Shown here: positions 9,217 to 18,828 of the stretch, in pieces
Layout of the letters: each line of letters opens with the position of its first letter
How positions within the stretch are numbered: the first letter of the stretch is position 1
Origin: a virus
Lineage: Duplodnaviria; Caudoviricetes
DNA length: 64,000 bases
Virus record (IMG/VR): IMGVR_UViG_3300031993_000012
Span: 118,216-182,215 of that record
Reading direction: 5' to 3' (one strand)
Notes under the pieces: generated by a model
What the model was told of the DNA's origin: nothing
The model's database searches: none
What the model saw: only the letters and a program-made list of their open reading frames with translations
Position numbers and translations under genes: made by a program

Positions 9217-10407
9217 ATGGATTTCATTGATGAAAGTTATTTCGGTATAGATGAAGCAATGTCATTCATTCAAGAATCAAATGATTCTACAATGAGATTA
9301 CGTGCAGAAATCATTGAACCGATTATGAAAACATTGGATACCAAAAAAGGTTCTGATGAATATTTGAAATTCGGTACTGAATTCATTGAAGCAAATGCGG
9401 ATATGTTAGCACGTGAATTTCCAACAAAACGTGTTTCATTCCCAAAGAAATACGTTGATAATATTCTTGGTGTATTCGGATTTGAATTGGAGTCGTTTAA
9501 GAAAACAATCAAATCTTTATGTGAAGATATTAATGGTAGTGATTTCAAAACAATCATTGCAACACCAACGAATATTATTCACGCAATCGTTTTGTTTTAT
9601 TCCGACATGACATTCAATCGTTATGTTCGTGATTCTGCACGTCAACAATTGGCATTAACCGTATATCATGTTATGTTCAATAAATTTTATCATGGATTGC
9701 CTGATGAAAAAGTAATGGCTTACACGTATATGCATCTTAATAGAAACTGGGATATTGTTAAAGCCGAAGATATGATGACATGGATTTCTGATAAAGTTGA
9801 TTCTGCATACGCGTTTTATAAAACACAACTTACCATCAATACAACGATGAAAACAATCGTTATGTTTTTAAATCGTGTACGTACTCAGATACGTCAAGCA
9901 ATGCAACAATTGGCAAATGTTTATTACAAGAATCAAACCGAAGGAAATCGTGTAAACGAAGATGCTGAAACTGGTCAACATGAATATATCGTAACTGATG
10001 ATACTTCGCAAATACGTAATAAATTGATGCAATTGATGAAACGTGGTGACTCTTTGTATACAACCGAGAGTAATTTGTATACCGGGGTGGCGAAATTGAA
10101 AAACGTTTCTTCAAAAGCATTATACGAATTGGCACAGAAAGTTTCTCATCGTGATATTGGTGAATTGATTGATTTGATATTCTATGTATTCATTGTAAAG
10201 GAAGGACATAAAATTGAAGAAATAAATTCGTCTGTATATATCGGTGAGATTACCAATTTACCAACGAAGGTTGATCGTTGTATTCCCGGTAAACCAATCG
10301 TTGCTCCATACGTAAAAAAGTATGGTGTTAAAAAAGAATTGATTGTCGCATACATATGTTTGATTGCAACATGGATAATGATGCGAATCAATGATGTTAC
10401 TAAATAA
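9217..10407 (+). CDS. Hypothetical late (probably virion) protein
   Basis: SD AAAGGAGG, late motif at 9179, acidic N-terminal leader ending FIQES. Confidence 0.65.
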   Translation: MDFIDESYFGIDEAMSFIQESNDSTMRLRAEIIEPIMKTLDTKKGSDEYLKFGTEFIEANADMLAREFPTKRVSFPKKYVDNILGVFGFELESFKKTIKSLCEDINGSDFKTIIATPTNIIHAIVLFYSDMTFNRYVRDSARQQLALTVYHVMFNKFYHGLPDEKVMAYTYMHLNRNWDIVKAEDMMTWISDKVDSAYAFYKTQLTINTTMKTIVMFLNRVRTQIRQAMQQLANVYYKNQTEGNRVNEDAETGQHEYIVTDDTSQIRNKLMQLMKRGDSLYTTESNLYTGVAKLKNVSSKALYELAQKVSHRDIGELIDLIFYVFIVKEGHKIEEINSSVYIGEITNLPTKVDRCIPGKPIVAPYVKKYGVKKELIVAYICLIATWIMMRINDVTK

Positions 10408-10421
10408 AAGGAGGTCTTATT

Positions 10422-12206
10422 ATGCCAGACAATCCAAGAATGCTTGGAGACTTATTCCCTGCAACCGGTGATGGTGAAGGTCGTGGTGTCATTGATGCTA
10501 ATGATCTTAATGTGTATGATTATGCATTGGCAAATAATTGTGCACGTACTTTCATTGATTATCAGGAAGGACAAAAAGTTCCAATCGATGTAAAGAATGG
10601 CGGTATCATTCCCGAGCAAGCTGCTGTTGCATCATTACATCAGAATGGTTTTGTTTCCGGTGTTGATCGTTATCTGTTAAAGAAATATATTGATAAACAG
10701 GATAAACCCACTGGATACAATGTACAAACATTTATCGCAGAATTAGATGCTCAAGAAATCATTCCACCTGTTGATCCTGAAGTTAAAACATTGGATGAAT
10801 ACCGTGATGATGTTACTGATCATATTCTCGATCTTAAAGTATATCAGGCTGATGTTATGCTTACATTACAAACCATTTCTGCTAAGAGTCTCAATGATAT
10901 GTGGGAGAAATCACAACGTCTTTGGGGTGAAGCATATAGAATGGATTATGATACAATCGCTCAGCTCGATGCTGATATGAATGCTGGTATTGACGCTACA
11001 TATGAGCATGCCGATGACAGTGGATGGAAAGCTGGTCAACCGGATATTCTTTCCAGTATCAAAACAATCATTGGTACACCGGAAGATGGTCTTAATAAAG
11101 CACAATGTGAAGAAATCCGTGATAAGTATTGGACTCCAACTGCGATAACATTCTCAGATCCACCAACACAAGAAGAGCGTGACAAGTTGGTTAAACGTTT
11201 GATCAGTATACCAGTATCAGAAGGTGTTGACTTTTATGATACATATAAGAATGCCGAACACAGTGGCGGTGGTGGCGATGATCCTGGTGAGTCACTCGTA
11301 CCTGCTGATCCCGAAACTGCACCTGCAGCTTCTGGTGATCTCGCAACGTTCATTTCCAACTGTTCATCTACATATCAAACCACATTCAACAATACTATCA
11401 CATCATCACACCCGAATCAGATTATCACACTCAAAGGCAATGGTGGCTCAGATGCAATTCTTAACTGCTATGAAGTCAGTGGTGGCACATGGACTGCTGT
11501 ATCTGGATTAACGAATGTTGCAGCAAAGGTTGGTGAAGCTGGAATTAAACCAGTCAGTGAAGTTCGTGAAAATCATTACAACACAAGCAGAACTCCCGCC
11601 GGAGCATGGCGACTTGGTAACTGGTCTACATGCGCTGATGATATTGGTGCTTTCGGTAAAGAAACACGTACTGGTTTGAAAATCAATTATAAGAAACTCG
11701 AAGCAACTATGCATTGGATTGACGCAGGTAATTCACCACAGCAACAAGTTGAATCATATCCATCATGGTATAATACATTCTTCGATACTGCTCAAAATCC
11801 ATTCCATCTTATACAATGGAAACGTGCTGACTGGGCTACCAGTGTTTTCTATAAAAGTGATAAAACCACAACTATATCTGGTGCGGATACAGCATTCGAT
11901 TATGGTAAATATTATGCAAATTTCAGTGGTGTTTCTACCAATGCTACCGAACGTTTGTATGATTATGTGGATACATCATATAGAAATGCAATCGTTATTC
12001 GTTTTAATATGCCACCACATGTACAGAAACCAATTACACCAGATGAAGGAGCTGGTGCTGGTTCTGCATACTTCCTCCATAGTTCGAACAACGATTCTAC
12101 ACCTGCTGCAACCGGAGGATGTGTATCTGTACACAATGACAAAATGATTGCAATATTGAACTGGATCGATCGTACGAAGAGTCCATTCATATTCATCGGC
12201 TTATAA
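10422..12206 (+). CDS. Degenerate dockerin-like N-terminus plus C-terminal L,D-transpeptidase (YkuD)-like domain
   Basis: N-terminus LGDL...GVIDANDL...QAAVASLHQNGFVSGVDRYLLKKYI. C-terminus RTPAG...YRNAIVIRFN...GAGSAYFLHSSNNDSTPAATGGCVSV...ILNWID, with the catalytic H...TxGC motif. Confidence 0.7.
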   Translation: MPDNPRMLGDLFPATGDGEGRGVIDANDLNVYDYALANNCARTFIDYQEGQKVPIDVKNGGIIPEQAAVASLHQNGFVSGVDRYLLKKYIDKQDKPTGYNVQTFIAELDAQEIIPPVDPEVKTLDEYRDDVTDHILDLKVYQADVMLTLQTISAKSLNDMWEKSQRLWGEAYRMDYDTIAQLDADMNAGIDATYEHADDSGWKAGQPDILSSIKTIIGTPEDGLNKAQCEEIRDKYWTPTAITFSDPPTQEERDKLVKRLISIPVSEGVDFYDTYKNAEHSGGGGDDPGESLVPADPETAPAASGDLATFISNCSSTYQTTFNNTITSSHPNQIITLKGNGGSDAILNCYEVSGGTWTAVSGLTNVAAKVGEAGIKPVSEVRENHYNTSRTPAGAWRLGNWSTCADDIGAFGKETRTGLKINYKKLEATMHWIDAGNSPQQQVESYPSWYNTFFDTAQNPFHLIQWKRADWATSVFYKSDKTTTISGADTAFDYGKYYANFSGVSTNATERLYDYVDTSYRNAIVIRFNMPPHVQKPITPDEGAGAGSAYFLHSSNNDSTPAATGGCVSVHNDKMIAILNWIDRTKSPFIFIGL

Positions 12207-12222
12207 TTAGGAGGTGATTTAT

Positions 12223-12663
12223 ATGCCGAGACTGTTAGGAGATTTCAACAATGACGGTATGGTTGACAGTAGAGATGGTACAGATATACTAACATATCTC
12301 AGCCAGGTTAGCATGTGTCGTGAGGCAGATCCATCCAGAACCGAAGAGGATATTGAAGCTGGTGATGTTATGCGTAACAGCGAACTTTCTAACCAAGATA
12401 GATATGCGATATCAAAAGCATATGCAATCATGAGTACATACAACCGTGTATATCCTAAAACTCAACCTGCAAACTGGACTGATACTGGTGCAGATGGATA
12501 TAAGAAATATTGGTATGTTAATGAACAAGGTGAAGAAGTTTCATTGGCAGACGAACCATCTGCTCCAACATTTGAATCAAAAAAATACTTTTACAAGATA
12601 ACTGGAGTTGGTGATTTACTTGGTGATGATCCAGTAGCCGCTTTAGTTACTCATTTGCCGTAA
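12223..12663 (+). CDS. Type I dockerin-like domain protein with a phage structural-type aromatic repeat
   Basis: LGDFNNDGMVDSRDGTDILTYL...EAGDVMRNSELSNQDRYAISKAYAIMST forms two Ca-loop/helix segments of a dockerin, followed by TQPANW...YKKYWY...APTFESKKYFYK. Confidence 0.75.
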   Translation: MPRLLGDFNNDGMVDSRDGTDILTYLSQVSMCREADPSRTEEDIEAGDVMRNSELSNQDRYAISKAYAIMSTYNRVYPKTQPANWTDTGADGYKKYWYVNEQGEEVSLADEPSAPTFESKKYFYKITGVGDLLGDDPVAALVTHLP

Positions 12664-12749
12664 CAGCCAGATAATTCCATCAACTCAAACATTCCTGATT
12701 ACAGCCGTCGGAACCTCCTTTGATCTGTTGGTGGGATTTCAATATATAC

Positions 12750-12770
12750 ACCCGGGGTTAATCCCCGGGT
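12750..12770 (+). terminator. Hairpin terminator ACCCGGGG-TTAAT-CCCCGGGT followed by a T-rich tract
   Basis: Inverted repeat after the dockerin operon. Confidence 0.7.
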
Positions 12771-12859
12771 ATTATATTTTTTTGATTTGTATTTATATCA
12801 TTATCGTGTACAAGAGAACTCATTTGTACAAAAATTTATTTCAATAGGAGGTTACGTTT

Positions 12860-13537
12860 ATGGGCGTACAGAATGACAGTAATTTTGAAGGAAGTGTATT
12901 TGAGAAATCATTAAACTTCCATAATGAAAACAAATCCATTGATGCTAAACTGTGTGAGTTACCACCATCAAATGGCGAATGGCATCGGTATATCGATGAA
13001 AACATCGTTCCAACAAATCCTGCTTATACCGGTGAGAAAATTGTTGATGATAATAATGAACGGCCTTCGAAGGTTGAATATTATTTAAATATTGCAACGG
13101 TTGTTTCATCACGTTCAACATGTATCCGTAGAAAGTTCGGTGCTGTTATTGTTAAAGATGATACAATAATTGCAACTGGTTACAATGGTGCACCACGTGG
13201 TCGTATAAACTGTTGTGCGTTAGGCACATGTTTCCGAAAAGAAAATAATATTCCCGCAGGTAAAATGTATGAAGCATGTCGTAGTTCACATGCTGAAATG
13301 AATGCAATTATGAACGCGGATCCAAATCGTCGTAAAGGAGCGACATTGTATTTGGTTGGTGTTGAAATGGATGGTTCATTCACAGAAGCAGATTGTTGTT
13401 CAATGTGTAAACGATTAATTCTTAATTCCGGAATAACAAAAATAGTATTCCGTACTAAGAACAAAAGCGTTAGAACCGTCGTTGTTCAGGAATGGATTGA
13501 AAACGATGATTCATTAACAATTCATGAGGGTTATTAA
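12860..13537 (+). CDS. dCMP deaminase (ComEB-like)
   Basis: RSTC..RKFGAVIVKD..IIATGYNGAP, HAEMNAI, CCSMCKRLILNSGI. Confidence 0.93.
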   Translation: MGVQNDSNFEGSVFEKSLNFHNENKSIDAKLCELPPSNGEWHRYIDENIVPTNPAYTGEKIVDDNNERPSKVEYYLNIATVVSSRSTCIRRKFGAVIVKDDTIIATGYNGAPRGRINCCALGTCFRKENNIPAGKMYEACRSSHAEMNAIMNADPNRRKGATLYLVGVEMDGSFTEADCCSMCKRLILNSGITKIVFRTKNKSVRTVVVQEWIENDDSLTIHEGY

Positions 13538-15575
13538 TATGAATAAATTTGAACAATATTTGATCGATAATAGTATCGAAACAATTGGCACACCACCACC
13601 GGATTTACGTAAAGAATTTCCGGAAGGTGCAGTATTATTCGATGTGCGTTATCGTAAACGTCCAAACGAATCATTCGAAGTGGTTTACTTAGACCCAGAA
13701 ACAAAACGTTTGGAAGTTAAATATATTGCACCAATCGTCGATATATGGTTCACACGTGAAGATTATCGATATACATTAGATGGATTCTGTGTTGATCAAT
13801 ATTTCCGTAATAAAATGCGTGAACAACATAAACCTGATGATGCATATCAAATGCCACAAATCAAAATCAAACATGCATATCGTGTATTCTGTAAAGTTTC
13901 ACAAATTCCGAAAATGATATATGAACATGCTGGAAATGCGAAAATGTATTCTGAAGATGGTTCACATCTGATTGATATGACATATAAGGAATATTATGAA
14001 CAGAATTGCGATGCACTTTATCATCCTGATTTCCAGAAACGTATGTGTCAGAATCCATGGTCATATAAATGTGATTTCCAACCAGATGCATATTTCCGCA
14101 TTCGTTGGTTACATGAATTCACAGATACTTGCGATGTGTCCAAGGTAACCGCGGGATTTATCGATATTGAGATCGATGTTATTGATTATCAACCGGATCT
14201 TGGTAATCCGTATGATGTTCGTACGAATGTAAATACGGTTACATCAATATATCCACATGATAAAATCGTATATGTTGATTTGTTGGAACCGCGTAAAAAG
14301 TTAAATGGTAAAACACCGGAAGAACAAAAACATTTCGATGAATTATGTAAACAACAACAAATCGAATATGATTGGATTAAATCGCATCAAGAAGAATTCA
14401 TTCAAATGATTTTGGGTAATCCATCCAATAATAATTGTCCGGTTCATATTGATGCAGATGATGATAATCTGAAATATCTGGAAGGTTATGATGTCAAATT
14501 ATTATTCTGGGAATCAGATAATAGAATATCATTTGGTGGTGCGGAAGCACGTTTAATCAATTCCGTATATGAACATGCAAACAAACATCGACCAATGTTC
14601 GTATTCGCATGGAATGCACCATTCGATTTTAATTATCTTCCGAATCGTGCACAATGGTTGGGTTATGATCCAATTGATATCGTGGTTCCGCAAATATTCA
14701 AATCAAAAGAATATCGTTTCAGTAAAGATAACTCGGATAATTTCAGTATGAAAACAAACCGAGATTGGTTCTATGCATCAACATATTCTCAATACTTATG
14801 TCAGGAACGTTTGTATGCAGCCATCAGAAAATCACAATCTGAAGAACCATCGTATCGTTTAAATGCAATTGGTAAAAAGGTTGCAAAGATTGAAAAGTTA
14901 ACCGATACTAAGAGTGGTATATTCCGTGAGTTTGCATACACTGATTATATCAAATTCATATTATATAATATCCGTGACGTTGTTGTACAAGTTGCAATTG
15001 AAACCAAAGTAAACGATGCACAAACATTGTATTCACGTGCATATACATTCTCAACGGCGTATTCAAAATGTTTCCAAGAAACTCACATTGTGCGTAATTC
15101 CAAAGACCAATTGTTTGAAGAATTCGGATATGTAATGTCGAATCGTGCGGTAATTGATCGTACAATTGATGGTGCATTCAAAGGAGCATATGTTGCAGAT
15201 CCAGCAAAGAACAAACCAACTGGATTGGTTGCATCTGGACGTGCTTATAGTAGTATTATATATGGTGCGTCGGATTTGGATGCTGCAGCAATGTACCCGA
15301 ATCAAAAGATGGCATATAATAAAGACAAATTGTCGTTGTTGTATAAATGTCGAATTGATAATGATTTATTCCGTAATAAATATTGTCACAATAATTCATA
15401 TAATCAAGAATACATCTGGAAAGATTCTAAAGGAAATGAACATGAAGAGGATATGGCTGGACCAATCATGAATTCATTCAAGAATCACAATTATATGTCA
15501 TTGACATCCAATTGGTTTGGTGTACCGGTTATAACCGATATAATCCAATCGGTACGTAAAGAGTTAGTAATTTAA
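13524..15575 (+). CDS. Family B DNA polymerase, N-terminal part (3'-5' exonuclease plus motif A) of a split enzyme
   Basis: ExoI FIDIEID, ExoII AWNAPFDFNY, ExoIII YNIRDV, FKGAYVADP and motif A DLDAAAMYPN. No KxxxNSxYG or DTDS before the stop. Confidence 0.85.
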   Translation: MRVINMNKFEQYLIDNSIETIGTPPPDLRKEFPEGAVLFDVRYRKRPNESFEVVYLDPETKRLEVKYIAPIVDIWFTREDYRYTLDGFCVDQYFRNKMREQHKPDDAYQMPQIKIKHAYRVFCKVSQIPKMIYEHAGNAKMYSEDGSHLIDMTYKEYYEQNCDALYHPDFQKRMCQNPWSYKCDFQPDAYFRIRWLHEFTDTCDVSKVTAGFIDIEIDVIDYQPDLGNPYDVRTNVNTVTSIYPHDKIVYVDLLEPRKKLNGKTPEEQKHFDELCKQQQIEYDWIKSHQEEFIQMILGNPSNNNCPVHIDADDDNLKYLEGYDVKLLFWESDNRISFGGAEARLINSVYEHANKHRPMFVFAWNAPFDFNYLPNRAQWLGYDPIDIVVPQIFKSKEYRFSKDNSDNFSMKTNRDWFYASTYSQYLCQERLYAAIRKSQSEEPSYRLNAIGKKVAKIEKLTDTKSGIFREFAYTDYIKFILYNIRDVVVQVAIETKVNDAQTLYSRAYTFSTAYSKCFQETHIVRNSKDQLFEEFGYVMSNRAVIDRTIDGAFKGAYVADPAKNKPTGLVASGRAYSSIIYGASDLDAAAMYPNQKMAYNKDKLSLLYKCRIDNDLFRNKYCHNNSYNQEYIWKDSKGNEHEEDMAGPIMNSFKNHNYMSLTSNWFGVPVITDIIQSVRKELVI

Positions 15576-15580
15576 TCGAT

Positions 15581-15604
15581 GAATGGCGGGAATTCCCGCC
15601 ATTC
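15581..15604. terminator. Palindromic hairpin GAATGGCGGGAATTCCCGCCATTC
   Basis: Perfect inverted repeat right after the polymerase stop. Confidence 0.7.
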
Positions 15605-15670
15605 GTGATATATATTATATATGAGGCAACAGGTATGTAGCTTTTTAAATATAGGAGGTTGTATAACACA

Positions 15671-17983
15671 ATGAATGGCGATTTATATGTACCGATTAAA
15701 GATGAAGAATACGGAAATCCAAATATGACTCAATCTGATTTTGGTGAATTAGCAAAACGATATTATTGTTTATATGGTATCAATGTCAATTTAGCCAGAG
15801 CAATTCCAGCATTGGTTGATGGTTTGAAACCAATCCATCGTCGTATATTGTATACCGTTTATAATAATTATCGTAAAGAACAATTCACTGTTGGTTCTGC
15901 AGTTGGTGATGTATTACACTTATCGCCCCATGGCGATCTTGGCTTAAGCCAGGTATTTGCATCAATGGCACAAGATTTCTCAAATAATGTACCATATCTG
16001 GATACATCAGATGGTGGTAACTCAGGTAATGCGGTTAATGGTAACGATGCAGCGTCACCAAGATATCTTCAAATGAATGTATCTGAGTTCACGTTAGATG
16101 TATTCTTCAGCGAGTTTGATAAAAAGGTTAACATGATTCCATCATATGATGGTAAAACCGTTGAACCAGTTTCATTACCCGCAAAGATACCAACGATTCT
16201 GTTGAATGGTAGTTGTGGTATTGGTTTAGGATATGCAACTGATATTCCACCATATAATCTGAATGAAGTAATTAATGCGACAATCAAGTTGATTAAGAAT
16301 CCAGATGCAAAGATTAAATTGATTCCAGATTCACCAACCGGATGTGATATTATCATTCTTGATAATGAACATTTCATGTTCCAATCATCATTTGAAATTG
16401 ATAATCGTAATTATGAAATCATTTTCAAGAATACTCCATATGGTGAATATTTGGATGACATCAGAGATCGTTTGAATGAAATCCAGGATTCGACAAATCC
16501 GATTCCGGAAATATTATCTGGTGATGATGAATCTCAATTGATTGAAGGTAAAATCAGATACGTAGTTAGATGTAGACCATGTAACCTTTATCAGGTTTTG
16601 AATAAACTGTTTAAACGTGTATCCGGTTTCCGTAGTAACGTTTCATCGACAAACATGTTAGTCGTTGAACCCAATTTCAAAATGAAAGACATGAATGTCA
16701 AACAGATATTATTGTCATGGATAAATAATCGTGTAATGGAAAAACGTGCATGGTTACAACGTCAATTGATTATGCAGACACAACTGTTCAATCAGAATGT
16801 TGGTAAAGCATTTATGTTATCACCAAAGAATCTGAATACCACTATCAAATTATGTCGTCAAGGCAGTGATGAAGAAGAAACCATTCAGTTATTGGTTAAA
16901 CATTATAAACCTGATGTATCATCATCACAGGCGAAGTTAGTTGCAGAAGTTCCATTACATAAATTATCCATTAAACGTTACGAAGAAACAGTTGCAGAAA
17001 TCAATAAAATCAAAACTGAAATTGAACGTTTACGCAATATCATATCCACACCGGAGAATATCAAAGATGAAATCATCAAAGATATGGAAAAGATAAAAGA
17101 AAAATATGGATATCCACGTCGTAGTACAATACTTAATACTGGTGAAAAGGAAGTTGTCAATGTTGGTGTTGTTCAAACATTAACCGACGGAAGTGTAATA
17201 TTCTCTGAAACTGAGAATCCTGAGCATTTGTCATCTGATGTAATTCCAATCAATGGTACAGCTGTATGTTTGATTGATGATAAAGCAGGATATGTTTGGG
17301 TTGATACAACAAAAGTTCCACATGATAAACCAATCACAATGACATCAGTTGGTCGTGGTGGTGCCATGGGAAAATGTATATCAGTTGTATCAAATCCATC
17401 AAACAATATTGTGTTGTTATCCAATAGAGGCAGAATCAAGTATATGCCAATATCCAGAATACCTTCTAATACTGCAAGGAAACCGTTGGTGAAATTGGAT
17501 AATGATGAATATATTGTATCTGCGTTAGAGGTTCCAGATGCATTAACGGATATATTGATATACACAAATGATGGTCAGGGCAAGCGTATCCAGACAACTG
17601 ATTTGAATAAAGTAATGTCAGTTGATGCAAATGGACAGTTCATTATAAATGGATATGAAGTTGCAGGAATGTTCTGTGTTAATTCGAATAAACCATTCTT
17701 GGCATATGTAACGAAACTCGGGAGAATTAGAATCAATCATTCGAAATTCTTAACAGCAACCAAGAAGTTTGGTGAATGCAAACCAATAATCAAACTGTCA
17801 CCACAAGATGATTTAGCAGCTGTATTTTGCGTTGATAAATCGCAGAAGTTGACATTACATCATGCCGACAGTAGAGTATCTACAGTTAACATTGAATCAT
17901 TACCAGTATTAACAATGGCAGCTCCGCCAGAAAGACCAAAACACGTATATGGAGTTAAAGTTGTACGTGTAACATTGCAATGA
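15671..17983 (+). CDS. gyrA: Type IIA topoisomerase/DNA gyrase subunit A
   Basis: RAIPALVDGLKPIHRRILY, SPHGD, catalytic ASPRY, PVSLPAKIPTILLNGSCGIGLGYATDIPPYNLNEV, and a degenerate C-terminal pinwheel. Confidence 0.92.
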   Translation: MNGDLYVPIKDEEYGNPNMTQSDFGELAKRYYCLYGINVNLARAIPALVDGLKPIHRRILYTVYNNYRKEQFTVGSAVGDVLHLSPHGDLGLSQVFASMAQDFSNNVPYLDTSDGGNSGNAVNGNDAASPRYLQMNVSEFTLDVFFSEFDKKVNMIPSYDGKTVEPVSLPAKIPTILLNGSCGIGLGYATDIPPYNLNEVINATIKLIKNPDAKIKLIPDSPTGCDIIILDNEHFMFQSSFEIDNRNYEIIFKNTPYGEYLDDIRDRLNEIQDSTNPIPEILSGDDESQLIEGKIRYVVRCRPCNLYQVLNKLFKRVSGFRSNVSSTNMLVVEPNFKMKDMNVKQILLSWINNRVMEKRAWLQRQLIMQTQLFNQNVGKAFMLSPKNLNTTIKLCRQGSDEEETIQLLVKHYKPDVSSSQAKLVAEVPLHKLSIKRYEETVAEINKIKTEIERLRNIISTPENIKDEIIKDMEKIKEKYGYPRRSTILNTGEKEVVNVGVVQTLTDGSVIFSETENPEHLSSDVIPINGTAVCLIDDKAGYVWVDTTKVPHDKPITMTSVGRGGAMGKCISVVSNPSNNIVLLSNRGRIKYMPISRIPSNTARKPLVKLDNDEYIVSALEVPDALTDILIYTNDGQGKRIQTTDLNKVMSVDANGQFIINGYEVAGMFCVNSNKPFLAYVTKLGRIRINHSKFLTATKKFGECKPIIKLSPQDDLAAVFCVDKSQKLTLHHADSRVSTVNIESLPVLTMAAPPERPKHVYGVKVVRVTLQ

Positions 17984-18027
17984 TTATAATGGGGAGAAAT
18001 TCTCCCCATTAAATTTTATAAAGAAGG

Positions 18028-18249
18028 ATGGAATGTATCATGAGTATTTTTAAGAAGAAACCCTCGACAAACACAATCACAACAGAAGGAGAAACCAAAC
18101 AGTTGACATTGTATTCGTATCTGATATACAATCGTGCGGAAAATAAGTTTACTGGAAGTATTAAACTTACAGAAGACCAAGCCCAAGAATTGAATATGCA
18201 GATGAAATATAACAATGTTGACAATCTTATATCTTTCATAAGGAGCTGA
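18028..18249 (+). CDS. Small hypothetical protein
   Basis: ORF with SD; contains LTEDQAQEL like its two neighbours. Confidence 0.6.
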   Translation: MECIMSIFKKKPSTNTITTEGETKQLTLYSYLIYNRAENKFTGSIKLTEDQAQELNMQMKYNNVDNLISFIRS

Positions 18250-18253
18250 TATT

Positions 18254-18505
18254 ATGAAACAACAAATCATTGATATGGGGATAAAATATAATGTAAAGGT
18301 ATTTGAGTATAATGACAATCTTGATGAACGCCAGAATCTCAGAAGTCTCATACATCTGTTATTTGCAATGAATCGTGATACTGATTTTGGTACATATTCA
18401 TTCGGTACGATTTATGGAAAACTCTCTGAGGAACAGATTGCTGATATACAAAAAATTGATATGGGGATAATGATTAAGAATGATATAGATCATTATATAA
18501 AATAA
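18254..18505 (+). CDS. Small hypothetical protein, likely paralog of 18520..18828
   Basis: KYNV...LSEEQIADIQKID. Confidence 0.6.
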   Translation: MKQQIIDMGIKYNVKVFEYNDNLDERQNLRSLIHLLFAMNRDTDFGTYSFGTIYGKLSEEQIADIQKIDMGIMIKNDIDHYIK

Positions 18506-18519
18506 TAAAAATAAATGGA

Positions 18520-18828
18520 ATGGAATTGATTAGTATGGATGAAAAAAGATCGAGTCGTCTCATAGGCAAAATGACGACAATTGCATTACTTGCAAAGAAA
18601 TATAATGTTGTATATACACCGTTGGAAGATCCTAATAGTACATTATCACATGTAATCAAATTGATTAACCAACGGAATTTGTATATGGAAGAACCAATGA
18701 AATGTGTTGAAGTTTTATTCCCTTCAGCATACAAAATGAAACCTCTCACTGTATTACTGACAGATTGTCAAATCAAAGATATAAAAAAGATTGATGATCG
18801 GTTGTTGTTAGAAGAAAGAAGTGATTGA
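18520..18828 (+). CDS. Small hypothetical protein, likely paralog of 18254..18505
   Basis: KYNV...LTDCQIKDIKKID. Confidence 0.6.
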   Translation: MELISMDEKRSSRLIGKMTTIALLAKKYNVVYTPLEDPNSTLSHVIKLINQRNLYMEEPMKCVEVLFPSAYKMKPLTVLLTDCQIKDIKKIDDRLLLEERSD

